A stretch of 63,739 bases of DNA, counting the filler, from Octopus bimaculoides (lineage: Eukaryota), in assembly GCF_001194135.2 (NCBI RefSeq). It is 4 parts of 4 records of this genome, joined end to end, with 100 filler letters (N's around TTAATTAATTAA, not from the genome) between each part and the next. Parts side by side here need not be neighbours in the genome. Positions count along the whole stretch, not along the records: positions 1 to 30,643 come from NC_068988.1; positions 30,744 to 59,046 come from NC_069003.1; 2 more parts are not named here. The stretch is one strand, 5' to 3'. Positions 25,330 through 37,580 of the stretch are shown here, piece by piece. A program made the position numbers and the translations under genes. Every line of letters begins with the position of its first letter. The stretch's first letter is position 1. The notes under the pieces were generated by a model that was given only the letters and a program-made list of their open reading frames with translations, was not told where the DNA came from and made no database searches.

Positions 25330-26580
25330 TGAAGTCTGCAGACATGAGGTAAATACCATCATGAGATTGGGAAGGCAACTACTTGACAAGCATTCCCTAT
25401 TAGACAACTCTGAACTCTTACCCAAAGAAATTGCAAGACTCTACTGTAACATAACATCAGAGGAGAGGATGAATGCATTCCAGCAGAAGACCATGCATGG
25501 ATACGTTAACAGAAAGCTCCAGGGTGATAACAACATTGACAACCAGAGCAGTCTATCGTGGACAAACAATCGGGTCACCAACTCTCACTTTGAAGGGTAT
25601 GCCTTTGCTATTCNNNNNNNNNNNNNNNNNNNNNNNNNNNNNNNNNNNNNNNNNNNNNNNNNNNNNNNNNNNNNNNNNNNNNNNNNNNNNNNNNNNNNNN
25701 NNNNNNNNNNNNNNNNNNNNNNNNNNNNNNNNNNNNNNNNNNNNNNNNNNNNNNNNNNNNNNNNNNNNNNNNNNNNNNNNNNNNNNNNNNNNNNNNNNNN
25801 NNNNNNNNNNNNNNNNNNNNNNNNNNNNNNNNNNNNNNNNNNNNNNNNNNNNNNNNNNNNNNNNNNNNNNNNNNNNNNNNNNNNNNNNNNNNNNNNNNNN
25901 NNNNNNNNNNNNNNNNNNNNNNNNNNNNNNNNNNNNNNNNNNNNNNNNNNNNNNNNNNNNNNNNNNNNNNNNNNNNNNNNNNNNNNNNNNNNNNNNNNNN
26001 NNNNNNNNNNNNNNNNNNNNNNNNNNNNNNNNNNNNNNNNNNNNNNNNNNNNNNNNNNNNNNNNNNNNNNNNNNNNNNNNNNNNNNNNNNNNNNNNNNNN
26101 NNNNNNNNNNNNNNNNNNNNNNNNNNNNNNNNNNNNNNNNNNNNNNNNNNNNNNNNNNNNNNNNNNNNNNNNNNNNNNNNNNNNNNNNNNNNNNNNNNNN
26201 NNNNNNNNNNNNNNNNNNNNNNNNNNNNNNNNNNNNNNNNNNNNNNNNNNNNNNNNNNNNNNNNNNNNNNNNNNNNNNNNNNNNNNNNNNNNNNNNNNNN
26301 NNNNNNNNNNNNNNNTTAAAAGACTACAGATTCAAGCCACCAATGGAACTGTAAAAATATGTAAAACTTTCCAAAAATTTAGCACATAAATACATATGCA
26401 TGCATCTAGACATAAAAACGCATCCATAAAACAAACATACAAATCTGCGCATACACTAACACCAAATACTGCACACACACACACATATGCACAAATACCT
26501 AGATGATGTTGATAAAAGTTCCAATGAAGGAGCCTTGAATCTATGTTAGAGTCCGGCTCTTTCTCTATGGACAAGAAATA
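25330..26580 (+). mobile_element. R4/Dong-like (RLE-type) non-LTR retrotransposon 3' region spanning an N-gap, with 3'UTR
   Basis: KTMHGYVNRKL..SWTNNRVTNSHFEGYAFAI before the gap and RLQIQATNGTVKICKTFQKFST* after it. Same motifs as the 53443-54345 copy, which shows the PD..E endonuclease motif. Confidence 0.75.
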
Positions 26581-26627
26581 CAGAAATGAAATTGATTGAT
26601 AACATACATACATACATACATACATAC

Positions 26628-26790
26628 TGTTATGTCTCAAGCTACTGCTATGTAGCACCTTCGGAAGATCGCTACACAACCGCTACACAACTACTACTCG
26701 ACTGCTACTCAACACTCCTGCCATGGTCAGACTACCTCTATCTATATGTCTTGGGAGATCTTACTTCTTCGCCTGGGGGGCGACACGACA
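26628..26790. mobile_element. Candidate solo LTR (163 bp) inserted in (CATA)n
   Basis: Begins TGTTATGT and ends ACACGACA (TG..CA, 6/8 inverted match). Flanked by catac/catac with a phase shift of the tetranucleotide consistent with a 5-bp TSD. Confidence 0.6.
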
Positions 26791-27069
26791 CATACATACA
26801 TACATACATACATACATACATACATAAAACCGAGGGACCGAATGCATGGTACTGAACCGTTCTCACCGATGACCATTTTCTGTGATTACTGAGCGATCCA
26901 GCTTCTGAAGACGGATATGAAACCACTATCGGGACAACTGCTTAGTATAAATGGTCGATCGTATCGAAAGATTTTGACTAGTCTAATTGATCAGGGACCC
27001 CTTCATGCGAGGTTCTGTGCCCACCCTTTCTGTGATGGTGCACCTGGAGTGGAAGTTGTTGCTGATAGT

Positions 27070-27560
27070 TTAGTTTAGTATAGCGCACATTAGTGCTTCA
27101 CCTGCCATGGAATCGACGGCATGTACCAAGCTCTCAGGTATCATATTGACCAAAATCTTTAGATCTGCACTTAGTAGAGTTACGGACCTAAAGTTGTTCA
27201 AATAACCCGCTTGTAGAATAGAGCATAAAGCCAGAAGGACTTCTTCCCGTCTAGCTGCCCATCCATCTATCCAACCATTCATGGCTTCTCTATTTTGCAC
27301 CCTCTCGTAGACTTCAGCTTCCGTATCCAAGAGCCGCAAAAGGCCTTTGAGTTAGCCGTAAAGTTCACCATCATCTTCCGGCCTGCTAACCGTCCCAAAT
27401 AGTTGAGCGATGCGTCACTTCAAAACAATGAACAACTGTTTGAAATCGAGTACCACGTGCCCTTCTATATTATTCACGCTATGCCTCCCCTGTCCAGACT
27501 CCTTGAGCGACTTTTGCTCCCTCATACTAGGAACATGTCCGCTAGCTCTAATTCGTGGCC
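27070..27560 (-). pseudogene. L1/Tx1-clade LINE RT remnant
   Basis: LNNFRSVTLLSADLKILVNMI matches the L1/Tx1 RT motif l.NwRPItLLn.D.KIl. The flanks are frameshifted. Confidence 0.6.
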
Positions 27561-29284
27561 TGGAAAGAAGAAGGAAATTCATTATTAGTTTATCTAATCA
27601 GCAGAAAGATAATTATTCGGAGCCAAATATTCTATGTCCTCCTAGAACGTTGAAGCATTTTGAAGGAAATTTTGTAACATATAATCCTGAAAGTCGATGT
27701 TGCTAAGAACAAAATGCAGAGAGAGAGTTCTAGCGCGAAGCATAGCAATAATCACCAAGAGGAGTTAACAAGAATTACGTGCTCTATAACCTGTAGGTGC
27801 TAGCGCAAATACTTAGTGAAAAATATTGATATATGACAAGACATGTTCCGTTAGTATCAAATATGCATGGATTGATTTTTATCTTTCTGTTTTTGTAAAT
27901 AACATCCAAAATGTAACGTTTGTTATGGTCATATATGAAACTGATCGTAGTTTCTTTCAGCAGCTTTCGTACAGCATTAATCTTTTCGACATTTCTCCTT
28001 TCACACACACATTTTCTCCTTCTTTTTCACATGCAATATAATATAATATAATATAATGGTATAAGATAATATAAAAATAATATATGACATATCGTATACT
28101 ATATATACATATATGTGTGGGGGGGGGCATATATGTATGCATGTATGTTTGTATGTATGTATGATTGTATATATTATAGAAACATGTGTTTCCGTGTGCT
28201 TGTGTGCGGAACGTATGCACCAGAGCTTATAAAGCATAACATTTGTAGGAACTTTGAAAATATTACGAGCGTTTTATTCAAAATTCCAGGAGAAGAGGTA
28301 TAATATTCTTTCCTTGATATGAGCGTTGACTATGCATTCGTGCAGTTGAAAGAGACTAGATTATTATGCCCCCTTTGGAAGATATTTCTGAGGTCTTTAT
28401 TTATTGTGGATCTGTTGGAGCAGTGTGAGTTATCTAAACTGCCGCTTGTTCTACGTACAAGCATGAACGTTATAACTGAACAATAATCATCATACAGAGA
28501 TCCAATGTGGCTACCAAAAATTTGCGAAAAAGAACGGTAAAAAGTAAATATAGAATATATAATTTGAGACAAATGTAAATGTATGAGGGATGATAACTCA
28601 GTTATTTAGAAAGTCAGATTAATCCCTTGGATTGTTTAATGTGTCAATAAAAGACTACTTGCAAGAAGAACTTTTTATTGTGACATCATTTTATTGGTGC
28701 AACATTAACGCTTGTTCTCGTACTGAGCACAATCGTCATGCAACATCAAGAAAGGTAAAATAGCCATTTCTGTATACTGAATACTGTATAAATACCATTT
28801 CAGAAATCTATTACGAATTGGCTTCTTTCTATTTGTTGAAAAAAAAAATCAATGGAACAACGCACAAACACACATTCACATAAATTCAGTGACGACTACG
28901 TCGATAGTCAAAAATAGCGGAATAGCAAGATGAGATAAAAAGAACTTCTTTTCTTTATTAACTAAGGAAACAATATGTACAATGCTGTTTGGTTAAAATG
29001 ACCGCATGGTTAAGCTTCTGAAAGCCGTGGTTTCTGGTCGAGTCACACCGTACGGTACTCTGAGTAAGCGTATATAGCCTATAGACCCTATGGCCCTATA
29101 ACCCAGGATCGATTAATAATATTTGTGCATGTATGTACGTGCGTACGTACGTAGTATGTATGTATATATGTATGTATGTATGTACATATGTACATATGTA
29201 CATATGTATATATGTATGTACGTAGTGTGTTTGTATATGATTATGTGTGTGTGTCTCTTATAGTTTTAAAATTATTATAAACTT

Positions 29285-29525
29285 TCCACTGAGGAGAGAG
29301 CCGGTTTCCAACAAAAAATACAAGGCTCCATTTTTGGGATGTAGTTAACATAGACAAATTCACATTTGGAACTTGAGAAAAGTCTTGAAAACTTTTACTG
29401 TTCCACTCACAGATTGCACTTGTATGAAACAGTCGGTCGGTTTCTCTTTCTGAAAATCCCAGTTTATCCAGATAATCCTTTAAGCATTTACTAACAAAAC
29501 CTAGTACTCCAGTTCTAATTGGTAT
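29285..29525 (-). mobile_element. R4/Dong-like element extreme 3' end
   Basis: IPIRTGVLGFVSKCLKDYLDKLGFSERETDRLFHT/(frameshift)QVQSVSGTVKVFKTFLKFQM*, followed by the same 3'UTR motif as 26529-26560. Confidence 0.75.
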
Positions 29526-30365
29526 ATGCATGTATCTTTATGTTTATCTCTAACTGCTTGACAAGAGAAGTTAACTTGTTTACGTTCCCACAAAAAAATC
29601 CCTCAGTGCTGAAGTTAATGATGGATACTGCCTAATAACTGAAGGAAGCAATACGTTTTGAGAACAATCGCATACCATTTTTTTTTCTTTAGCCAATCCA
29701 AAATGTTGTGCACCAGAGAGAAACATGAGAACATTTTGTTACAGACGACAAAATTGAAATCTCTCTTGCTTCATCGTTGGAGGATCGAAAGTAAAGATGA
29801 GTGAAAGAGGTAAGTAGAAAGACAGTGAAGATTTTAAACTAGTTTAAGAAAACAGATAGTGTTCATAACTTATTTAGTTCAAACAGACCAAACTTGGGGA
29901 AAACAAAAAGAATTGGAGCAGTAATATATTTTCTTCTTTAAGGAACACCCTAATTCACTGTGAGACTTCCTGCACAAGCACTGTCCAGTAGCAATATGGT
30001 AGTTCGTAGAATCATAATAAAACAGAAAACCTATATCCGAATAAACTGCAGGTCATACAAGAACTACTTAAAAAGACTATTATATTCATGCCCGTGACAG
30101 AATCATTGATTGGAAATAATCAACTATGTGACTGCACTGCTCAATAACAAAATTTTATTTTGAGATGAATTGATGCTTTTCTTACGTGAACCCACAGATT
30201 ATATGAGGACGAAGTACTCATTCTTGTGACATACCTCTCCAGTACCTATTTATTTGCTTGGAAATCATGAATATTCAATTCTTTTTGGCTTATAATGCGA
30301 GCAATAGTTACATTGCTGAGGGGGAAGTCATTTGTTCAACAGTTAATTTTATCATTCCTTACCCT

Positions 30366-30589
30366 AATAATAATAACCCTTTCTACTGTAGACACGAGAC
30401 CTGAAATTTGTGGGGAGGGGACTAGTCGATTATAACAATTCCAGTTTTTCGATGGTACTTAATTTATCGATCCCGAAAGGATGAAAGGCAAAGTCAACCT
30501 CGGTTGAATTTGAATTCAGAACGTAGCCATGGGCGAAATACTGCAAAGCATTTTGTCCGGCGTGCTAACGATTCTGCCAGCTCCCCGCC

Positions 30590-30590
<1 letters not shown>
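30366..30590 (-). mobile_element. SINE family A (A2 tail), full length, between (AAT)n runs
   Basis: Head aggcggggagctggcagaatcgttagcacgccgg, B box gaattcaaattc, body and A2 tail are all present. Confidence 0.9.
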
Positions 30591-30643
<53 letters not shown>

Positions 30644-30743
30644 NNNNNNNNNNNNNNNNNNNNNNNNNNNNNNNNNNNNNNNNNNNNTTAATTAATTAAN
30701 NNNNNNNNNNNNNNNNNNNNNNNNNNNNNNNNNNNNNNNNNNN
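30644..30743. other. Artificial scaffold spacer N44-TTAATTAATTAA-N44
   Basis: Exactly 100 bp. The palindromic 12-mer has stops in all six frames. Identical spacers at 59047-59146 and 61631-61730. Confidence 0.95.
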
Positions 30744-31152
30744 TATATATATATATATATATATATTCACAATGAGGATACTTAGACCTCTTATAGGGAT
30801 ATTTTTATCCAAGATACACTGGCTTAATATACTGTATTTTTAAGAGATATTTCTTCAATGAATATACTGTATAAAATATTGTAAGATATCAAATATTATT
30901 ATTAATTTTGAAAACTTAGAGATCTAATGGATACAAATTAATATATTAGTTAACATATTCATCTACAATTGTTTCAGAGGGAGAGAGAGAGAGATAGAAA
31001 GAGAGAGATTGTGTGCGTACGTACCTCTGACTGCATTTACTCACACACTTTTCCTCACACATACACACACATGTACACAAATGTATGTATGCACGTATGT
31101 GTTTTTGTATACAGCCACACACACACACACACACACACGTATACATCTCCAA

Positions 31153-31456
31153 CCGGCGTACTGACGATTCTGCTAGCTCACCTCTTTACTATAATAATAA
31201 TAATAAGAAGAAGAAGAATAGTCCTTTCTACTGGAGGTACAAGGCCTCAAATTTGTGGGGAAGGGACTAGTCGATTACATCAAATCCCAGTGTTTCACTG
31301 GTACTTAATTTATCGACCCCGAAAGGATAAAAGGCAAAGCCGACCTCGGCGGAATTTGAACTCAGTCCATTTTACATTAGGCATAGGGTCTGAAATTTCT
31401 TGGTGGGGAAGGGACAAGTCGGTTACATCGCCGTCAATGTTCGACTGATGCTTATT
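31153..31456 (-). mobile_element. Cluster of three family A fragments (head fragment, 5'-truncated copy, 3' fragment)
   Basis: 31153-31184 head piece; 31223-31365 body+A2 tail truncated at the B box; 31370-31456 diverged tail piece. Confidence 0.75.
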
Positions 31457-34400
31457 CTAGATATGTATGTATACATGCGCGTGTACGCGTTTCTGATGTA
31501 TGTATACACATAAGGAAGCACTTGCATATTCTCCAAATAAATTACATCTCAAACGTTAATGGTAATGCTCTTCCTGGATGAAGGACCACATCTATAACTA
31601 TAATAATACTATTCAACACGATTGGATACAAAGTGAATACACTCGAATTATATAGAAAAAAAAAAATAACTAAAAAAATTTTTTTCATGCAAGGGGAATA
31701 ACTCTACTGAAAAATTTGGAATTATTTCCCCTGAATTTTTTTTTTTTAAAATTTACGGATTGCGTTTCTTTATGAATGTTTGGTTTCGAACTTAAATATT
31801 CACCGTTTGATTGTTGATTCTTTTTCATGTATTTCATCGGATTTTCTACGTTTATCTTTTTAGTTTAATATCAGAATTGGGTTCACTTTTTCCTTTTCCA
31901 CTTCAGCTATAATATTGAACTAACATATATTCCGTTGCATCTGAAAATTAATTTACACATGCATTGGTTTACACACACACACACACANNNNNNNNNNNNN
32001 NNNNNNNNNNNNNNNNNNNNNNNNNNNNNNNNNNNNNNNNNNNNNNNNNNNNNNNNNNNNNNNNNNNNNNNNNNNNNNNNNNNNNNNNNNNNNNCCCACA
32101 CCCACACCCACACACGTATATATATACGCTTATAGAATATATATATATATATATATCGTTGATATAAATTGTGGAAGCCTGTCGTATATATATATATATA
32201 TATATATACGTAAATGCATGTATTTATATTCGTCTTTGTCTCTTTATCACTTGATAATCGGTGTTGGTTAGTTTACAATCCTGTAACATAGCTGTTCGGC
32301 AAAAGAGATGATGGAATAAGTGCTAGTCTTAAAAGAAAGAAAAATAAAACGAAGAGGGTCTATAAGGTGTTGTGCAAGCCTTACTGGACCTAACATTTTG
32401 GAGAGGTATTGCTGATATTTGGCATGGACGATGGTCAATGAAAGGTCTTCCTCGGTAACGAGCGGAAAGCCATTATGTATGTATGTATGTATGTATGTAT
32501 GTATATATGAGCATGTCTACATATGCAACTATATGTATGAGATGACATACATAAAGCAAAACATACAAATCTGCACATATACATACATACATTGTCTCAC
32601 AGCTATGACTCCGATTACAATATGCTACACACAGCTATCGATGAGAAATATAGCTACCACAAAAATAATTTGGATATTGATAGGAATATTCCAAGGTCGC
32701 AGTCTGTTTTGGATTGCTGTTCGTCCCAACAATAAACTCTTTTCAAGCTCTGTAGAAGATATATCAAAGTTTTATGTTATGATTTGCATAGGATACAAGA
32801 AAAATAATGCTATCTACACTTTTTTTGTCTATTAAGCTATAGTCAGCAGACAGCTGGTCATAAACTTCTCACGAGACATAGGGAGGGAGTTTGGTGATGT
32901 AGATTTTTATACTGAGTTGGCAATCAAGAAAAGATTGTGAAGCAGCAGTCCAGTAGAAAAAATTCAGTTCTTTGTATCTCTTATGAGATGTTAATCTGTT
33001 ATCTTTTATTAGTTTGTGAGCGATCTGCTTTTGTTTCACGCCCCTAATTTATTTAGGAATAGGCTTTGGATGATAAGGAACTTCAAGGGGTTTTGTTTTT
33101 CTATGCTGAAGTTTTAACTCAACAACTTTACGCATGTGCGAAAAACGCCCGATGAGTTCTTGAGCTTCGTCGATTAATTTTGCATTGGTCGTAGTTTTGA
33201 CTATGCTTTTTAAAGTGTATTCAGCCTATAGGTAGAATAACGTTTTGCAATATGAACTTACTTTCGTGATAACATTTGGAAATAAGCTCAGTATCTATGA
33301 ATTCATTAAGTTAAAAGGAAGCATCAGTATGAAAGTAATGTAAGCATTTCGATTTTAGAAAATCACGTTTTGCTAGGACCATGATACCTATTATATATGT
33401 CTGTATATCAGAATAAAATCTGTAGATGTGTGAAAAAAGTTAGAAGCGAAACTCTGAGTAACAACGATAGAAAATTATATACTCTTAAATGCTGCTATTA
33501 TTATTGCCAAGGTCACTTGGGTCTTTCATTGTTCAGAGGTTGGTAAAAATGAGGTACCAGTCAAGTATGAGGGGTAGAGGGGATCGGCCAACTCCTCCCA
33601 TAAATAAAAGCCGATGACTTTGCATCAAACTTAAAAAGGATTATAGTTTTTATTGTTGTTGCTATTGTTATAACCATTATCACCGTCGTTGTCGTTGCTA
33701 CTATTATTATTATTATTATTGTTGTTGTTGTTGATGGTGTCACCATTCCTCTTTTTTTTTTCTTTTTCTTCTTCTTCTTCTTCTTCTTCGCAGACAAAAT
33801 ATATGTTGTTTACATCTCGCCGCTTTCTTCGAAGGAAGAATTTTCTCAATGAAATAGATTTTAGCTATCAAAATTTTTCGCACACAGATAACTTCCTAAA
33901 ATTCTGGATCATCCCCACCACCATCACCACCACCCCAGTCCGCGCTGTAGGGGTTGTCAAAATAATAATAATCATGATGATGATGATGGCTATATTTTTG
34001 GCGAAAATTATTTTTCCCTTTCTTTTCACTAACATAAAAAAAATAACTACGAAAATTTCACGCCACCCCCACAAAAAGGAAACGGAAAATGTACAAAATA
34101 ACACATTTTACAAACAGTAAAAAAATACTGTTTTAATTGCAACGCAAAATATTTATAGTAACCACGAACAAAAAGAAAATATTAACATTTTAACATCGAA
34201 TTTGAACATACCGAGTAAAAATCTTGTCAACAACAGTATCTATAAAAGTATAGGCGTACAACATTACGACAAATGTATATGGAAGCCGAACGGTTTCCTT
34301 CGCCATCGTTATATTTTTTTACAAATCTCTTGATATGGAATATTTGATTGACAGAACGAAAGCTCAACAACATTTTCTTATACAAGGCGCCAGCTTACTA

Positions 34401-34859
34401 TCGTCCATCACAGATGCACGCGCGAGAGAGAAAGTAACTTATCTGAGCTTTGCTAAGCGCTCTTCACGAAGACACGTTCGTGAGATGTTGTGCTCTATAA
34501 ACAGTTCTGAGTAGGAACCGGAAAGAGAAGTATGAAGACGCAATGCTTATATGCATGCTGAATTCGTAAAACGGAAGAGAAGAATATAAACGCAATGCGC
34601 ATGTCAAAATAAAACGGAAGAGAGGAATGAAACAAGTTATATGATGGTTTGCATGTCACGTTTGACACAACTATCACGTAGCTTTGTTGCAATTTTCTTG
34701 ACTTCGTTTGTTTCTTCAAGAGTGGGAGACAACTCTGGCAGTTATTTTATGTGAAATCTTTAATGAGAAAAGACGGGTTAATGGCACGATATGCGTCATT
34801 TTTCTTTAGATAGAGGACAGGATGAAAGCGGAAGCCCAAATTGTACATGATGAACCTGC

Positions 34860-35000
34860 TCCTGAGCTGGTTCCACAGTGTTTGGGAAGAAGGAACACAA
34901 AGTTCACCGTCAGTGTCATCGATTATTGCTCACCTGCTTGGCACAGTATAGACAGCTGGTCTATACTTTCTGTAGAAGCTAAACAGATAACATAGCTGCT
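34860..35000 (+). pseudogene. Possible LINE RT remnant
   Basis: One frame gives FTVSVIDYCSPAWHS, similar to the LINE motif ..leYcspvW; nothing else is recognisable. Confidence 0.3.
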
Positions 35001-35468
35001 ACATATGCGGAAGCAAAATCCGCTTAAAGGTTTTCCGCATAGAAGGCGTAAAAAGCATAAGTAACAACAAGAGCTCATCAAAAAGGCTGCCGGTTCTAAG
35101 GAAATATTAACGACAACCTATGATTCGGCAAATATTAATGCTACATCATCATTACCGGCTGCCAGCCATGAAATCCTAGTATCTCTTCTCCAAGTTACCA
35201 TCGGCGTGGTTTCAGTTCAGTCTCGTTGCAAAGCACCTTGGGCACTGGCTCCGATTTAACCACCTAAAACTCCTCCAGGCCATGAAACTTCAAACTTAAT
35301 ACCATCAGTGCTATCTTCATGCTGAGGCACACTGGGCAGTTGCCTAGGGGCGCCACTCTTCTTAGTTTTTGAATTCAGAATATTTTACATGTATGTATGC
35401 ATGCATGTATGTATGTATGTATGTATGTATGTATGTACATAAAACAAAACATACAAATCATGCGGCTT

Positions 35469-35567
35469 TAGAAGAAGACACTTGCCCAAGGTGCCGCGCT
35501 GGGGGACTGAACCCGGAACCATGCGACTGTGAAGCAAGCTCCTTAGCACACAGCCACGCCTGCACCT
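35469..35567 (-). mobile_element. SINE family B 5' end (tRNA head + CORE-like block)
   Basis: Reverse gives aggtgcaggcgtggctgtgtgctaaggagcttgc..ccgggttcagtccc..gcaccttgggcaagtgtcttc. Confidence 0.85.
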
Positions 35568-35732
35568 ATATATNNNNNNNNNNNNNNNNNNNNNNNNNNN
35601 NNNNNNNNNNNNNNNNNNNNNNNNNNNNNNNNNNNNNNNNNNNNNNNNNNNNNNNNNNNNNNNNNNNNNNNNNNNNNNNNNNNNNNNNNNNNNNNNNNNN
35701 NNNNNNNNNNNNNNATATATATATAAAGTGTA

Positions 35733-35764
<32 letters not shown>

Positions 35765-36019
35765 AAGTGTATATATGTATATATATATATATATATATAT
35801 AAAGTGTATATATGTACGTATATATATATATATATATATAAGTGTATATTTGTATGTATATATATATGTGTATATGTGTGTGTGTGTCGATCCACATGAC
35901 GTATCAACACAGCTGGCGAAGAAATTAAGGTCCCCAGTTTTGTGAAGGAGTCTTTTACTCTCGATGACACCCTCTGATGGTAACTTGCACGGAACCGCAA
36001 TTAGAAAAACATTATCATT

Positions 36020-36217
36020 AACAACAACAGTAACAACAGCAAAAGTATCATCAGCAGCAGCAACAATAACAACAACAGCAGCAACGATAATAAAAAACAA
36101 CAACAATTACTAAGAATAGCATCAGCTTCATCATCATCATCATCATCGTCATCGTCATCACCATCATCAACAAGATCACCATCATCATCGCCGCACCGCC
36201 GCCACCACCGCAGCTAT

Positions 36218-36248
<31 letters not shown>

Positions 36249-36660
36249 AGCAGCAGTAGCAGCCAATTGCTAGTGCTACTGCAACTACACCAATTCCGAA
36301 TACAACGAACACAGCAACACCTTTTACTAGAACAACAACAACACCAACAACTACTACTACTACTACTTCAAACACACCAACAACAACAGCAACAACAACG
36401 AAAATCAGGAAAGTAAATTTAAGAAGATTGAATAGAATAAAAAAATAGAAGGGGAAAGAGAAGGAGGAGGAGGAAGAGAAGAAGAAGAAGAAGAAGAAGA
36501 AGAAGGAGAAGGGGAAGAAGAAGGAGAAGAGGAAGAAGAAAAAGAAGAGGAAGAAGAGGAGGAACTGCAACAGCAACAACTGGAGTGAAAAAGAGCTGGA
36601 GTAAAAAGAAAAGAAAAATAAGATAGAAAAAGAAGAAGAAAAAGAACAACAACAACATTT
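36020..36660. repeat. Compound trinucleotide microsatellite block (CAA/CAG, CAT, CCG, CTA, GAA/GAG)
   Basis: Successive triplet arrays over about 640 bp. Confidence 0.9.
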
Positions 36661-37509
36661 ACAATTACAAGTTAACGACAGAAGACAGATTAATTGTACA
36701 CAGTACAACAAGTAAAACCACTCCTTAACAAAATATAATACCCTAATATATATGTGTATATACATATACATGTGTGTTTATATATGTGTGTATATATATG
36801 TGTGTATATATATATGTGTGTATATATANNNNNNNNNNNNNNNNNNNNNNNNNNNNNNNNNNNNNNNNNNNNNNNNNNNNNNNNNNNNNNNNNNNNNNNN
36901 NNNNNNNNNNNNNNNNNNNNNNNNNNNNTATATATATGCATATATATATATGCATATATATATACACATATATATATATGTATATACATACATATATATA
37001 TCCGTATTTTGATATCAATGTCGAATTATTTATTTTTTTGAGGAAAGAAAGAGATAAACGGATAGATAGATAGAAAGAGAGAGAGAGAGGAAGAGAGAGA
37101 GAAAGGGGTAAGGGTTAGTGTGTGTGACAGTAAGTCAGTGGTGTACGGTTATTTATTAAGGGTACCCCGCTGACAGGCTTATGTCACACCCATGCCTTCG
37201 TTATTCACTACTAATTTGGAAGATATCAACAAAGTTGGGAGGCAACTCAAACAGATGATGGGCTTCGAGCTTTTTTACTATTTTGTATGTATATTCAGGG
37301 TTTTTTTGATATCATATTATATATTACATATTATATTGTATCGTGTTACCTTGTATATTATCACATAGCTTTATTTTGTATCGTATTTTGTATTATTATT
37401 ATTACTATTACTATTATTATTATTATTATTGCAATATATTATATTATTACCCTGGGAGTGAATATGGTGGACGGAGCCTGTTCCGAAACCCGGAGGCTAT
37501 GTATGTATG

Positions 37510-37580
<71 letters not shown>

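Noticed and set aside
32660-33000. Possible Penelope-like RT remnant on the - strand
   Set aside because: Only vague motif spacing across several stops and frameshifts.
36051-36771. Poly-Gln/His/Glu-like low-complexity ORFs
   Set aside because: Compound triplet microsatellite with frame-inconsistent blocks and stops; no splice context or flanking domain.
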